Below are positions 38,401 through 50,669 of a stretch of DNA of 64,000 nucleotides, in pieces. The position numbers and the translations under genes were made by a program. Every line of letters starts with the position of its first letter. Within the stretch, counting starts at the first letter, position 1. The notes under the pieces were generated by a model. It was not told the DNA's origin. It saw only the letters and a list, made by a program, of their open reading frames with translations, and made no database searches. This DNA comes from Elsinoe ampelina (lineage: Eukaryota): NCBI GenBank assembly GCA_010093995.1, contig ML992508.1, forward strand, positions 1,102,483-1,166,482. Direction: 5' to 3'.

Positions 38401-41024
38401 GTCGAATATGCTCAGCGACGGACCTGTACCGCCCTCACCTACGGCAACAGAGTTTACGCTACCTATGCCTACGCCCCTCACGCCTGATGTAGACCTCATA
38501 CCACCGCCGCTATCGCCTACTCCACCCTCTCCTGGTAGGACTGGAAGACCTAATGTCACATTCAAAAGCCGTACTCCTTCGCCAAAGGAAGTAGAGATCC
38601 CTATTGGAGAGCAAGCCCGCAAAACTTCAAAGCGATGGTCGTTTAGTATTGGCGGGACTGCTGCTGATCTTCTTGATCAAGCTACTCCCAGAGTGTTCAA
38701 GAAGGTGTCTGGCTCGCATCCGCCTGGATCGATGGACAACAGGAGGACGAGCCGTAATATGTCAAGTCCGTCTGGGCAGAGATCAAGCAGAGTTGACAGG
38801 ACTGGCGATCCCTACGCCTACACTGATAGCTCTGTTTCCAGAGACCTACCTCATGGTAGATCTGACTTGAGTCGAGCCAGATCAATACGATCACGAGGAA
38901 CACCCACAAAATCAGCTCCTGCTTCTCCCCGATCGGATTACAGCGAGTCGACCATCAAAGACAGGAGTCCGACTAGGTCCCCTCAGCCCAGAAGACCTAG
39001 TATGACACGCTCGAGACCCACTGGTGACTCATTTGGTACGGACAGATCTTCTGAGCTGAGTTATAGCGTGTGGATGCCATCTACGTTGTCAGGCAGTCAT
39101 CCGGATGACGACGATATCAGTAGTGACGAGGAGTATGATCAACGGCCTAGTGCCAATTCTCAGGGATCACGAGCACAGACAGAGCCTCTCTCACCGAGAC
39201 CAGCTCTGCACACAAGAACGTCTTCGACGCCGTCTGGCAGTATGCCGACCATTCCAAGAATAAGGCCTTCAGCACCTTCGACACCAGCTTCGGAGAGACC
39301 GATGTCTAAGGGATCCTATATGTCCTCGGATATCAGTCATGGACCGCAGACTCCAACCAGACCTGCCATGACCCGTTCCGAGGGCTCACGACTATCCTCT
39401 GACGTTAGCAGGGATGCGCCATCTTCCGCACCTGGCAAGTTGCAAAAGTTTGTTGCCGGCCTGAAGTCAGACAAGTCTCCCGAGCCAAAGTTGACGTCGC
39501 AGACATCAAACAGGCCAAAGAGCGGATTCTTCTCTGCTTCAAATTTCCTCAAGAATCGTCGGCCATCCTCTCCACTCAAGCGTGAGTACGATCCTGCAGC
39601 CGAAGAGGCGATCTCGGACACGGACAGCGAGGACTCCTACGATGATATCGACTCGCTCAGTACTCATTCTTCTGACCTCGAGGATGAGGCTTACGATCAT
39701 TTCTCTCAAGCGTCTCCTCACGTTCCAGCTCAGCAGTTCCCGAAGGCAACTCCACCTCAGTCACTTGCTTCCATGTCTGGACCCAGCTTGGAGCCGTCTA
39801 ATTCTGCCTCTCAAGGTCCGAACCGTGCAGTGCCACCGTCTGCGCCTCTTGCGGCAATCAAAGGCGTCGCCATGATCTTCTCCTGGTCTGATCGTGGCGC
39901 GTGGGACCCACTTCACCCGGTCGAAGTATCTGTTGTGGTATCGGCAGGCCTGATCGAAGCATTCTCCATGCCGGACTCACACAGTGTACCTTCGATGGAG
40001 AACGGCCAAGAAGTCTCGCCAAGTCATTTCAATGTTGCTCCTCTAGTCGCACTAGAGCTCACTCCGCTGGTCCCTCTTCGCAGAGGAACAGCTCTTGACA
40101 TCTCCATCCGCTCTCCACCTACAGACAACAGTCAGATCCGCAGCAGTAACAATGTCATGTTCCGCTCTCGCAGCCCCGAAGAATGCGAACGTCTCTACAG
40201 CCTGATCAACCAAGCACGCATCAACAACGCCACCTATATCGCACTGCAGAACGCCCGCCCGCATGAAAACCAAGGCACCTGGGCCGCACAAATGGACAAG
40301 CGCAACGCCATGCGCTCCTCCTCAGGATCCTTCTTCGGTCTCGGCAGCCGCAGAGGCAGCACCTACCGCAGCAACTCGATCCGCAAGCGCAGCAGCGCTA
40401 TGAGCGAGAGTTCCGTCGGGACCATGAACACCGCCTTCTCCGCCCTCCGTCGACTGAGCGGAACCTGGCGCAGAGGCGAAAACTCCACCAACTCGGACAG
40501 TCTGGAAAGCGGGTACAGCACCCCTGTACGCAACAGCATGATGTCCTCCGGTCTCGGCCCGGACCTCGCCCTCGGCATCAAGGAGATGAAAGTCCGCATC
40601 TACCACCGCGAGAACGCGAGCAAGTGGCGGGACATGGGCAGCGCGAGGCTCACAATCATGTTGCCCGAGCGGCCCGGCAGCGCAGGCAGTCCGGCGGGGA
40701 GGGTCGATGCAAAGAGGATCCTGGTCAAGGGCACGACGAAGGGGGAGACGTTGCTGGATGAGACGTTGGCGGAGGGCGCGTTTGAACGGGTGGCGAGGAC
40801 GGGCATCGCGGTGAGTGTGTGGCGCGACAATGCTGGGAGCACGGAGGGGGTGGGGAGGGCGGTGGACAAGGGAGGGGTGGGGGCGAATCGGATGGATGTT
40901 TATATGGTGCAGATGAAGAGTGTGAGTAATTGCCTTTCTGGGGATGTGGGGGGTGGAAACTGACTGTTGATAGGAACGTGATGCGGCGTATACTTTTGGG
41001 TTGGTGGGGAAGTTGAGGTATTGA
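35493..41024 (+). CDS. Large conserved fungal protein: disordered Ser/Pro regions, DH-like helical region and PH-like domains (3 exons)
   Basis: Two long ORFs are joined by intron ~37839-37885; a last intron ~40922-40972 gives ERDAAYTFGLVGKLRY*. Globular blocks include EEKYRRELLTLVDGIIP, FLLKRPLVRVK, FSWSDRGAW, MFRSRSPEECERLY and KWRDMGSARLTI. Domain names are inferred from the sequence pattern. Confidence 0.85.
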
Positions 41025-41028
41025 GATT

Positions 41029-41112
41029 GTGGTCAAGGTGGTGGTCAAGGTGGTGGTCAAGGTGGTGGTCAAGGTGGTGGTCAAGGTGGTGGTCAAGGTG
41101 GTGGTCAAGGTG
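41029..41112 (+). repeat. Perfect minisatellite (GTGGTCAAGGTG) x7
   Basis: Seven identical 12-bp units beginning 5 nt after the preceding stop codon. Confidence 0.97.
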
Positions 41113-41437
41113 GTGAGCGTGTCAGTGGTACATTTGGAGCAGGTTCTCTGGATGATGGGATGGGATTTCCTTGTTGTCTCATAATGCATAAAAAGCGGTG
41201 GCGTTTTGTACATACTAGACTTGTTTTTCGCACATACCCATGGCGTACAAAGATTTTCTACTCTTCTGCCTTAGTATCTGTGCAGTTCTCTGTGGTCGAA
41301 GAGGGGAGACATCCATTTCACCCAAACAGGCAAAGTCAAAACACGCCGGCGAATGACGTAATCAAAGCCGACGACCTCACACCTTCACATGCCGCATCTC
41401 GAGATCGCAGTGTTGCACAGAAGCCCTCTTGAACAAT

Positions 41438-42894
41438 ATGGGCTTACGAGATGGCCTCAGAGATAAGCTCCCGTCGCGGCCGACTATCGATCGGAACAAC
41501 GTCACAAAGCCGGTAAGTAGACATTGCCTTGCTTTGCGATCAATCACTCCTGATGCGCCCGCCAGAAGGAATGGATGAACAAAAAGGACAATTCATATTC
41601 AAAAGCGCAGTCGCATCAATCAGCTCCCTTGTCTTCCTTACGCGACCCGTCCGAGTTTGCGCCACCTCCAAAGCATGTCAATTACTACGGCGCCGAAGCC
41701 GCGAGAGCGTCTTCTTCCAACCCCGCATCGCCCGCCGTGAGCACTCCGAGTAGTGCTTCGAACGCTCTGGTACCGACCGGTAATACGACAGCGATTGACA
41801 CGAGGCAGTATGATACGGATAGGGGAGGATGGGGAGGTGCTATCAGCCAGGACAATCTAAGCTCGTGGCAGCAGAGGAAGCAGCTGGAGAAGGAAGAGGC
41901 AGAGAAGCCGAAAGTACCGACCGGACCGTACAGAAAGGATACGACTGGTCTGCGGACAGACCATCTTCCACCGCCTCCTGTACGGCGAGGAACCGGAGTT
42001 GCCAGTCCACCTATCACGCCAGTGACTAGGACGCCGACAGCGGGCAGCAATAGACCTCCTCTTCCTCCTCCCAGCGCAAATTCCTCTCCAGCAAAGCCAA
42101 AGCCCCCTGGTCTCCCTCCTCGACTTCCACCACGTCAAAGTGCGGAGCCAAACGAATATACTCCGCCACCGCCGCCAAGCTACACCGAAGCGACATCACA
42201 ACCACAAACACCCGCCGAAGTGCAAGGACGGCCGTCATTTCCCGCCCCATCATCAAATCTGTCCACCAATACTTCATCGTTGAATAGGTTGGCAGGCGCA
42301 GGAATATCTGTTCCAGCCTTAGGCGTGTCTCGAACAACCACATCTCCGCCTCCGCAACCCACCTCGCCACCATCCCGCTTCAACCAAGGCGGAGGCCTGT
42401 CTGAATTGCAATCTCGCTTCAAAGGTCTCAACACGAACAGCACAACCACTTCCTCGCCACCATCTCAACAAGCAAGCCAATCACAAGCTCCGATATCAGC
42501 CAACAGTGTCGGCAACGCTTACAGCACATTTGCCAAAGCAAGGCAAGATCCAAGCAAGGTCTCGTTATCAGAAGCGAAGCAAGCAGCCACGACGGCAAAT
42601 GCTGTCAATCAGCGATATGGTACCCAGATCGGACAAGGACTTAGCGCAGCCAACAGATTCGCTGCGAATAATGCTTCGAACGGACAGAGCAGTGCAGCAG
42701 GTGCCAGTACTACCAGCGCTGGTGGAAGCGCAAGTGGCTTCGGCGGTGTTGCAGCCCTGGCGAATGTGGCGCAGAAAAAGGCACCGCCTCCACCGCCGCC
42801 GAGTCGGAATAGCGCGAGTGCAGGTCAAGGAGTGGCAGGCGGATCAGGGGTGGCGCCGCCGCCTGTGCCGATGGGGAGTAAACCTAGGTTCTGA
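41438..42894 (+). CDS. Proline-rich AIM3-like actin-patch protein (2 exons)
   Basis: Upstream exon MGLRDGLRDKL...VTKP, then intron 41512-41565 (GTAAGT...CAG) in frame with KEWMNKK. Contains the APLSSLRDPSEFAPPPKH motif I associate with Aim3, many PxxP motifs, and ends PPPVPMGSKPRF. Confidence 0.75.
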
Positions 42895-43207
42895 GGTGGG
42901 CTGGACGGGAAGCAAACTTGGTCATGTGATACGACGTCAGGATAAGTGGGTCGGACAAAGAGATACCAATCAAGTTTCTGCATTCTTATTCCGCACGACT
43001 TCACTTCGGCCACATATTTGCCCCCGTTTGCCGCTGCATTCTTTCTGAACACAAATGTTCGAAGTCCCACATCAGCTGTAACCCTGCCTCATCGATGTCT
43101 CGATCTCTGTGAGACTTCTCAATTCCCTTCATCAATTCGGCTGAACCGACAGGCTCACTCTCACCACCCTCCTCCTCACCACCCTCCTCCCCGCCGGCAC
43201 ACTCACC

Positions 43208-43897
43208 ATGTCCACCTCCGACCCCAACTCCTACCACAACGACGAATACAAACCCCTCCCCTCCCCCTCCCGCAACATCTACAATTCCCTCATCGAATCT
43301 TCTCACGACAAATGGGGCTGGCTCATCTACCGCACGACCTACGCCGACGACGCAGCATGGGACCGCTTCAAAGCCTTCGTCGCGCAATCCACCCGCGACA
43401 GGATCTTGGACTGCGACACACACGAACTCATCGACATGATGGAGTGGACCTTCACCTAGGACAAGGAGAAGTTCGACGGCGCTACGAGGGAGGGCCTGCG
43501 GGCTCATTTCGCGGAGAGGGCTGAGGGGGCGTATGGGAGGGAGCAGCCCCGCGCGACCGACACTTGGAAATTGACCTCGGCTGCACGCTACAGGTACTTT
43601 CTCCAGGTCGACGAGGAGGCAGTGGTGGAGTTCATCGCTGAAGATCCGACATACCCTGATCTGAACCACGACGGGGGAAGTCACGTCAAGCTGATCAAAG
43701 TCGAGTGGGAGCCCGATGTCGAGGCCGATCCGGAGGAGATTGCGTACGAGGTCATTGATGGGCTTTCACAATACGACGTGGGATGGATGGAGATTGGGTC
43801 GCCGCAGATTGGGATTGATCTGTACGAACCGCTGTCGGGGCCAGAGGATGCGTGGAGTTTGGAGTACTTGAGGCCGCCTGGGATGTTCAGTGGTTGA
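43208..43897 (+). pseudogene. Fungal hypothetical protein (WGWxIYRxTY family) interrupted by an in-frame TAG
   Basis: ORFs 43208-43459 and 43571-43897 are in the same frame. Reading through TAG at 43457-43459 gives EWTFT*DKEKFDGATREGLRAHF...RYRYFLQVDEE...GWM, with no intron signals around the stop. Confidence 0.75.
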
Positions 43898-44656
43898 CTG
43901 ATATGGCGTTTGACAAGTACGAGAGCGTGATATCCGCGCTAGTGGTAGGTCTCGATGCGTGACATGCGTGCGCTTTTGGTCTCACGACTCTCTTCACGAC
44001 TCTCCTGAACTCACGACTCCTCCTGATGGGCGAAGGCGATGATTGGAACAACTGGCCGGTCCATGAGCCGAGTGCGCCGTGTTGAACAGCGTCGGTGTCT
44101 TCCACATGATGGACACCACCACCAACCTGCACATCACTCCTTGGCCACCTCTTGCATTTTCTACCCGCCCATTCACGGCCGAGACTGACGCGCTCAGCCG
44201 ATCAGATCTCGCTGGATCTGAAATCAAGGCGTACCATCAAGGCCTGGAACCACATTTCGCTCTCCATAGGGGCGAGTGTCGGCTCGTTTTGCACCGACGC
44301 TATGCTATATCCCATCATCCAGGTGACCTGTAAAAACGTGCATAAACACCTTCCGATCGCGTCTACCGCTTTGATTTCTAGCTTGCTCATAGTGACATTT
44401 GCAACATGACTTCCAAAGATTACGCTGACGCCAAGAACACAGCCCACGTGGCTCGTATCGAGAACTAGCCAAACACGAGTTCAGAGCGCTTATTGAAGTC
44501 CGATCTTGACTCAATGGGAACATGAGCGACTCTGGTCAAGTTCGAAAAGGTCCGACTTCGAGGGTCATCTATACCGTATCCAGTACTCATGGTGACGTCT
44601 AGGCTGTCCTCATATGCAACCTTACCTGCATCACTGCAGCAGCTGATAGAGGTCCC

Positions 44657-47600
44657 TCAGACGTCCACAAATTCAGCATCCGTATCTATGGCTTCCGAAT
44701 CATATGCTGGCTCCTCGTCGTTATCGGAATTCGACGCAAAATCAGATTCACCAGTCCTCACCCTCACCTTCCTGCCACGGACCAGTCTCGACTGTGCATC
44801 TTTTCGCAGCCGCACCTTACGTTCAGCTAGATGCTTTAGTGTCGTGCCATTGATAGCTCGTTAGCAATTTACCTACCGCGAATCTCCGTAGTCAGCTCCG
44901 CAAGCTTATCAAGTTCCTCTTCCGTGACAGCGCGAAGTATGATTACATGATCCTTGCGCTCTTCGTAGCGTTCTCCTGCACGATATAGTGCTTCTGGGTT
45001 GATGAGACCACGTCTGACTTTGGTCCAACGCGCATCCTCAGGGGTTTGATCCGGGGTTTGAACCTACCAGAGTCAGTATGAGCGGGATAATGATATGGTG
45101 TAACGGACATCTTTGCTTCGAAGGACGGCAGCGCTAGCCACGGAAGGAGTTCCTGTCGTCATTTCTCCTCCATCTTCCAACCTGTGCGCTTGCTTGTTCA
45201 TGGAGAGGTGATCATCTTCGACAGCTTGTTCATCGGACGAGGTGGTCTCCTGATCCATCCGGGCAATCCCTTGTTCCTCGGCAGCGAATTTGTCGGGTTG
45301 TATGTCGTCCTTGCGCTGATCTGGACCGCCTTGTAAATCGTTCGAGATATCCTTGTGCTTGATTCTTATATTCGACTCGGGTTGAGGAACGACCGCCGGA
45401 TCATCCTTGGACGATCCATGGTGCAGCAGCAAATCCACAATTTCCGGCAGGTCCTTCGATCTTGCAGCGGCTAGCGTAGATCCATATTCCCAGTTACCTT
45501 GATCGACGTCTGCACCAGCCCGCAGAAGCAACCTGATCATTGGAAGATTATCTTGGCAATCTTCATCACATATCGCAGCCATCAACGCGGTGCCATACTT
45601 GCCGCCTTGCTGATTGACATTGGCGCCAGCTTTCAAAATCATCTCTACTGCTTCGATATGGTCATCCTCTTCGTGGAATCGACCACATATTGCCGCTTGT
45701 AACGCATTTCCGTACTCCGAGCCTTCCACATTTGGGTCCGCTCCAGCATCCAACAAATATTTCAAGGCTCGTAGCTCCCCTGAATCCGCTGCAGCCTGCA
45801 GTGCCGTTCCATATCTACTGCCGACGTCGTCGATATCCGCGCCAGCTCCGATGAGTAATCGTGCACTTTCTGTGCGACCTCCCTCAGCTGCAGATTGCAG
45901 TGGGGTCAGTACTTTCGCATTCGCATTGACGTCAGCTCCGGCACGCAGAAGCTGCTTCGCAAGGCCCAAGCTATGAAGCCGGCATGCGCAGCCTAGAGGA
46001 GAACCATAGTCACCGCCCGTGGCGTTTACGTTGGCCCCTGCATCAAGGAGTAGCTGCACGAGAGCTTCATCGTTGTTCGTAGCAGCTGCTTGCAAGACAC
46101 TGTGGAAATTACCACATTCTGTCGTAACGTCAGCACCATGATCCAGCAGTAGACGGACCAGCTCGATAGATCCTTTCCACGCAGCTGCATGCAGGGCCGT
46201 GCCGTACGTGCTGACTCGTGCGTTGACATCAGCCCCGTGATCTATCAGTAGCTTTACTGCATCCACGGACCTAGATCTTAAGGCAGCACGCAAAGGATTC
46301 CCGGACAGCCTCCCATCAAAATTAACGTCAGCACCGGCCTCCAGGCAGGCCCTCATAACATGCAGGTCTCCTTCTCCTGCAGCTACACGAAGTGCTGTCC
46401 TTTGATATGCATCGACTGCATCGATCTCGGCACCAGCTTCAAGAAGACGCCGGAATATCCTCTCATCTCCTTGCCATGATGCGGCGATGAGTGCAGTCCT
46501 ATGATCGCCGCCTTCTGCTCGAGCATCGGCCCCAGCAGCGAGCAGCATCTCGACACTCTCGAGACTTTGCCTATAGCTTGCGGCTTGCAAGGGGTTCCCG
46601 TACCTGCCGCCTTCTACATTCGGATCATGACCCAATGCCAGAAGCCGCTCTAGCACTTGATGAAGACCTTCCAGAGCTGCAAAATATAGCTGTCTCGCAC
46701 ATTCAGATGCGTCGAATGATTCCGGGCGGCCATGGATGTCTGGATCATAGAATGATCGTATGATATGATACCTCTCTGGTTGAACGAGCAGCTGCAGAGC
46801 AGCTTCGATGAGATATTCTGACGGTCGCTGCAGACGCCGCAAGCATGTCGCCCATTGTTGGGACGCAAAAGCTATGAGGGGGTACATGTGCTCCATGCTC
46901 TCAAGCGATACGCTTGTGTCTATCGAGAGTAGATAGCCTATGAGTACTCTCGTACACTCTTGCAAAGAAACTTGCTCGGCGAAAGAGCTGGCGCCGTGAT
47001 ATTCAGAAAGCAAGTATTCGCTGACCCAGTCCTCGGCAAAACTGAATCGCAGTGGTGGAGACTCAGTAGTAGCAGTGAGGAATGGACACATGTCCAGGAT
47101 TTGATTCAAAGAGAAGGTCGGGTAGGATAGGTCAAAAGCTGGCGTGGACTCAGGCTGCACTCGCAACGTTTCGAGCGCACTGTCGCAGGTGAAACGATCC
47201 AGATCTGAAGCGCCAGTAATGGACTCGTCGATGTGGATCATGAAGCGCAGCAATCCTATCGCAGCTGCCTTTGACGCTGGTGGGAGGTTGTTCAAAATCC
47301 TACCACATGCACCTCTCGAAAGGCGCTCTGACTCCCTGTCGCTCAGCGAATTCGGGGCTTCAAAGACATGACTTTGTCCGTTGGTTTCCAATGCAGCCAG
47401 ATAGTCCTTGAGCTGCTCAGCCGTCGGCAATCGAAGCGCTTCTTGCGTTCGGCGGTTTATCCAGTAAAGACTATAGCGCAGATCAGTACTAATAGCATAA
47501 CAAAGCAGAGCTGAATGCACACACTCTCGTTGGCACGTCTCAAAAATTGCCTTCTGTAATCGAAACCGTAAGCTTTCGTCCCTGAACCAATTTATATCGT

Positions 47601-50430
47601 CGTCGACCTTGGCTTGAGCGAGTCGATGCTTGACAATCAGATTGGCGTCGTCATCGATATTTCGATCAACTATCTTGATGATTGATATACCTTGAGCGCC
47701 CCAAGTCACATGATGCTCGAATTCCGGGGTACTGGTAAGAACCACGCTGTGTACCTTCTGGACATCCTGCAAGAAGTCCCAAAGATCTGACGCTATCTCC
47801 CTCGGAAGATGGTCGACGTCATCGAGAACGAGGTACATATGTGGTAGATTCATCATCAAATACATGACTGCGTCCAAAACGCTCTTGAAATCTGGCTGCT
47901 GCCTACCCTTCTCACAGCGTTCGAAGAGGTTCATAAGCGGCGACTGTGTGTCGGAGTCTATGAAACTCAGGTCAAGCAGTATTGAACGGAGACAAGACGC
48001 CAAGTGAAAATCCGGTGCATCGACAGAACCGAGTGAAGCGAAGGAGAAGTATATGACTGGATCTGATCGGTGCGACTTGTTGGCCTCGATGAGAAACTTC
48101 TTCTTGCCTTCACCTCGTTGTTCGTTCGTTTTATCATGCAGGACCTCGAACATAGCTTGGTCCAATTCGCGGTAGATGATGATGTAGTTAGGGTCCACCT
48201 AGGAGGGATTAGTCAGGGGAAAAAAGGGGCAGTGGAATGGCAAGGAAAAGAGAAGGGCAATTAGGGGACATGGGACTTACGGGGTCGTAGCGATAGGCGA
48301 TTCCGAATTCCTTAAGCACGTCGGTGGAAATCTCATGTCTGTGAGCGCGCGGGTAGACAGGTTCGCGTCCTGCACCAGCGACAATGATGTCCCCCGCCGG
48401 GTGGTGACCATGACCATGGTGGCGGCCAGTACCGTGTACGTCTTCTTTTAACAGCATGAGAAGTGTCGTTTTTCCAGAGTGGAGTGGCCCTTGGATCCAT
48501 AGCTGCGAGTCACGTTGATGCAACCAGTCTTGGTAGCGTGTATCCGATAGTAGCCATCGACCGACCCCCGGACAGTAAGCGTCGGCGATGTTGGAGAAGG
48601 GGTCTGTGATGTGCCCGGGATGAAGCCACTGCCGTAGCCTGCTTCGCTCTACATCGATCAACGCGTCGTCTTCGGATGAGAAAGCCGAACTGGTCTCATT
48701 GTCGCTTGACAGGGCTGCTGAAACGTTACTGTCCGTTTGGAAATAAGCAAAGTCGTTGGCGTAGACCAGCTCATCGCCAGGATCCTCCTCGGTACTTCCA
48801 CCAGTAGTTCCGTCTGGACCACGCAGCCACAAATTGGTGACAAGGTCGGCCGTCTCCTGGTAGGATACGACACCGTCAAAGCCAACGTCATCAACCCAGC
48901 TTCTGAGTCGCTCGTGGAAAGCGGTCGCACCATGGGAGGAGCCTGCGGAAAGTCGATCGTATGTCTCGGTCTTCGCCCATGGTAGGGATGCGAGAGCAAA
49001 TGCATGGATGTGCTCTGCAATGTGATCTGTGAGATCAGCGTCCTGGTAATCTTCGGTCTGCTCATCCGCCCAATTGCAGAGTGGACAGGAACTGATGAGT
49101 GGCGGGACCGATTCGCGGCCAGCTTCTGCAAACTCTTCGGCATCTGTTATTGAATCTGCATGGGTGATCACAAGGTGCTGAGTCAATGTCCTGCGGTCTT
49201 CAAAGGTCTGCCCATCCTCGCACAACAAGCAATTCCACGTTTCGGATCCAACATGTTCTTGCTCCATGTGCTTCGTCCAGTCATTACGTGTAGCAAATGT
49301 GGTCAACGGCTGAGGGCAACTTTCCAGGATACAGGTGTAGGGGCGAACATCCTGGGCAATATGGTTCCTGGTGGGTGTTAGTGATTCTCCGACAGGCGGC
49401 CCGCGGTCATCTCAAACCTCCATCTTGTCTTTGTTGTGCCCTCTGTAGGTTGTGGTAGGAAGCAGCAAGGACATCTGAAATTGTCCATTGTATTTTCAAT
49501 GGCCGGGAGGCGAGGATATGTCAATCGCGAAGCTGTCGTAGAGATCTCGGTCTTGGCTCGCTGGGAATGCGCCGGAGCCGTCGCTGCAGTCTGGATAGGT
49601 CGATCGGGACGAGAAGCTACTGTATCTGTGAAAGCGCCTGGTGATGCATGCGGGTGAAGTGCGCCTTCTTGCCGTCTGCTGTCGTTCTGCTTCCCTGGGA
49701 CGTCGGCAGTCGTGTCGGTCCGACCGAACTGCCCTGACTGGTTCTGGGTACTTAGTCCGTCATCTTGACTACGTACAGGTGGTGAAGTAAGCCTTTGAGC
49801 ATGCTTGTAGAAGTAGACGAAGCGATGCCGACGCCGTAAGTTGGCGGCTATCAGACGTTCTTGAATCTCGTCGAAAACAAAGCTGGTAGGATCCGCATGG
49901 CCATCGTGTAAGGCGCCCACAAGGCTTACGACTTCATCTTTGGTAGCAGTAGCTGTAAGTATCAAGAATCTGCAATGCGTCTTAAAGGCTTCGTAGTGGT
50001 CACGGTTAAAAGTGGCATCGGCCCTTGCAAGTCTCGATGTGGTGCCGGATCGTCTGATGGCGCGGGCCAGTGCAGAGAGCTGGGACAAGACATTCTCAAC
50101 ATCGTATGTAACTTCTCCACCTACTGCTGAAGATTGTGTGTCTCTGTACTGTTCGAGTGAGGCACCCAGCAGGTCCAACAAGCCCACTATCAAATTGTGT
50201 AGTCGAGTTTCTCCGGCCAGCAGCAAGCGGGAATCAAGGTTGGCTTTTGTTGAAGCCTGAGCCCCAACCGTCGAGATCCAAAAGCAAAATTCCGCAAGTT
50301 TGTTCTCGATCCATTGCTTCTGAGACTGACCCCCAATCTTCTTGCCACAGACTTCGAAAAGTTCGAGGCATGGTAGTACTTTGTCTGCGATTTGCGACGA
50401 CGGTCGTCCGGACAAGACTGTCAGAGACAT
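44657..50430 (-). CDS. NLR-like protein: helical N-domain, C2H2 zinc fingers, NACHT, ~13 ankyrin repeats, with two integrated small domains
   Basis: Introns ~49417-49369, 48280-48199, (47522-47472), ~45109-45064 and ~44876-44828 all splice in frame. Zinc-finger motifs FRCPCC, RPYTC..C..WTKHMEQEH, CLLC..HL..H and CPLC..HIAEH. NACHT lead-in PGVGRWLL..YQDW, Walker A GPLHSGKT, Walker B YLVLDDVD. Ankyrin repeats of the G[NT]ALQAA..G..V.LLL..GADVN type. Confidence 0.88.
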
Positions 50431-50669
50431 GCCCGGCGAGATACCCTTAATGGTTAATGGGATCTGGACTCGTGACTCAACGTCTTTATGTTAGGGTAGG
50501 GTGTCGTTGAGGATAAACACGCTGTCGTGGTGGCGCATCTTCAGCTTCAGCTGAGCTGAGGACTGTGGCCAATCAAAGGGCTCCTCTAGCCGCAGTGACA
50601 TTGTGGCGACTTGTGCGACAGCAACTGCAGCATTGTGCGAGTTTGCTCCTAACGTTCTCACCAGCGACA

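Noticed and set aside
43900..44650. Possible gasdermin or amyloid-motif effector gene beside the NLR/protease pair
   Set aside because: Only short ORFs with no recognisable RCD-1/gasdermin, HeLo or amyloid (HRAM/PP/sigma) pattern.
45415..46695. Ankyrin array as a high-internal-conservation hypervariable repeat (het-e-like)
   Set aside because: The ~13 repeats are strongly diverged from one another, with no near-identical units.
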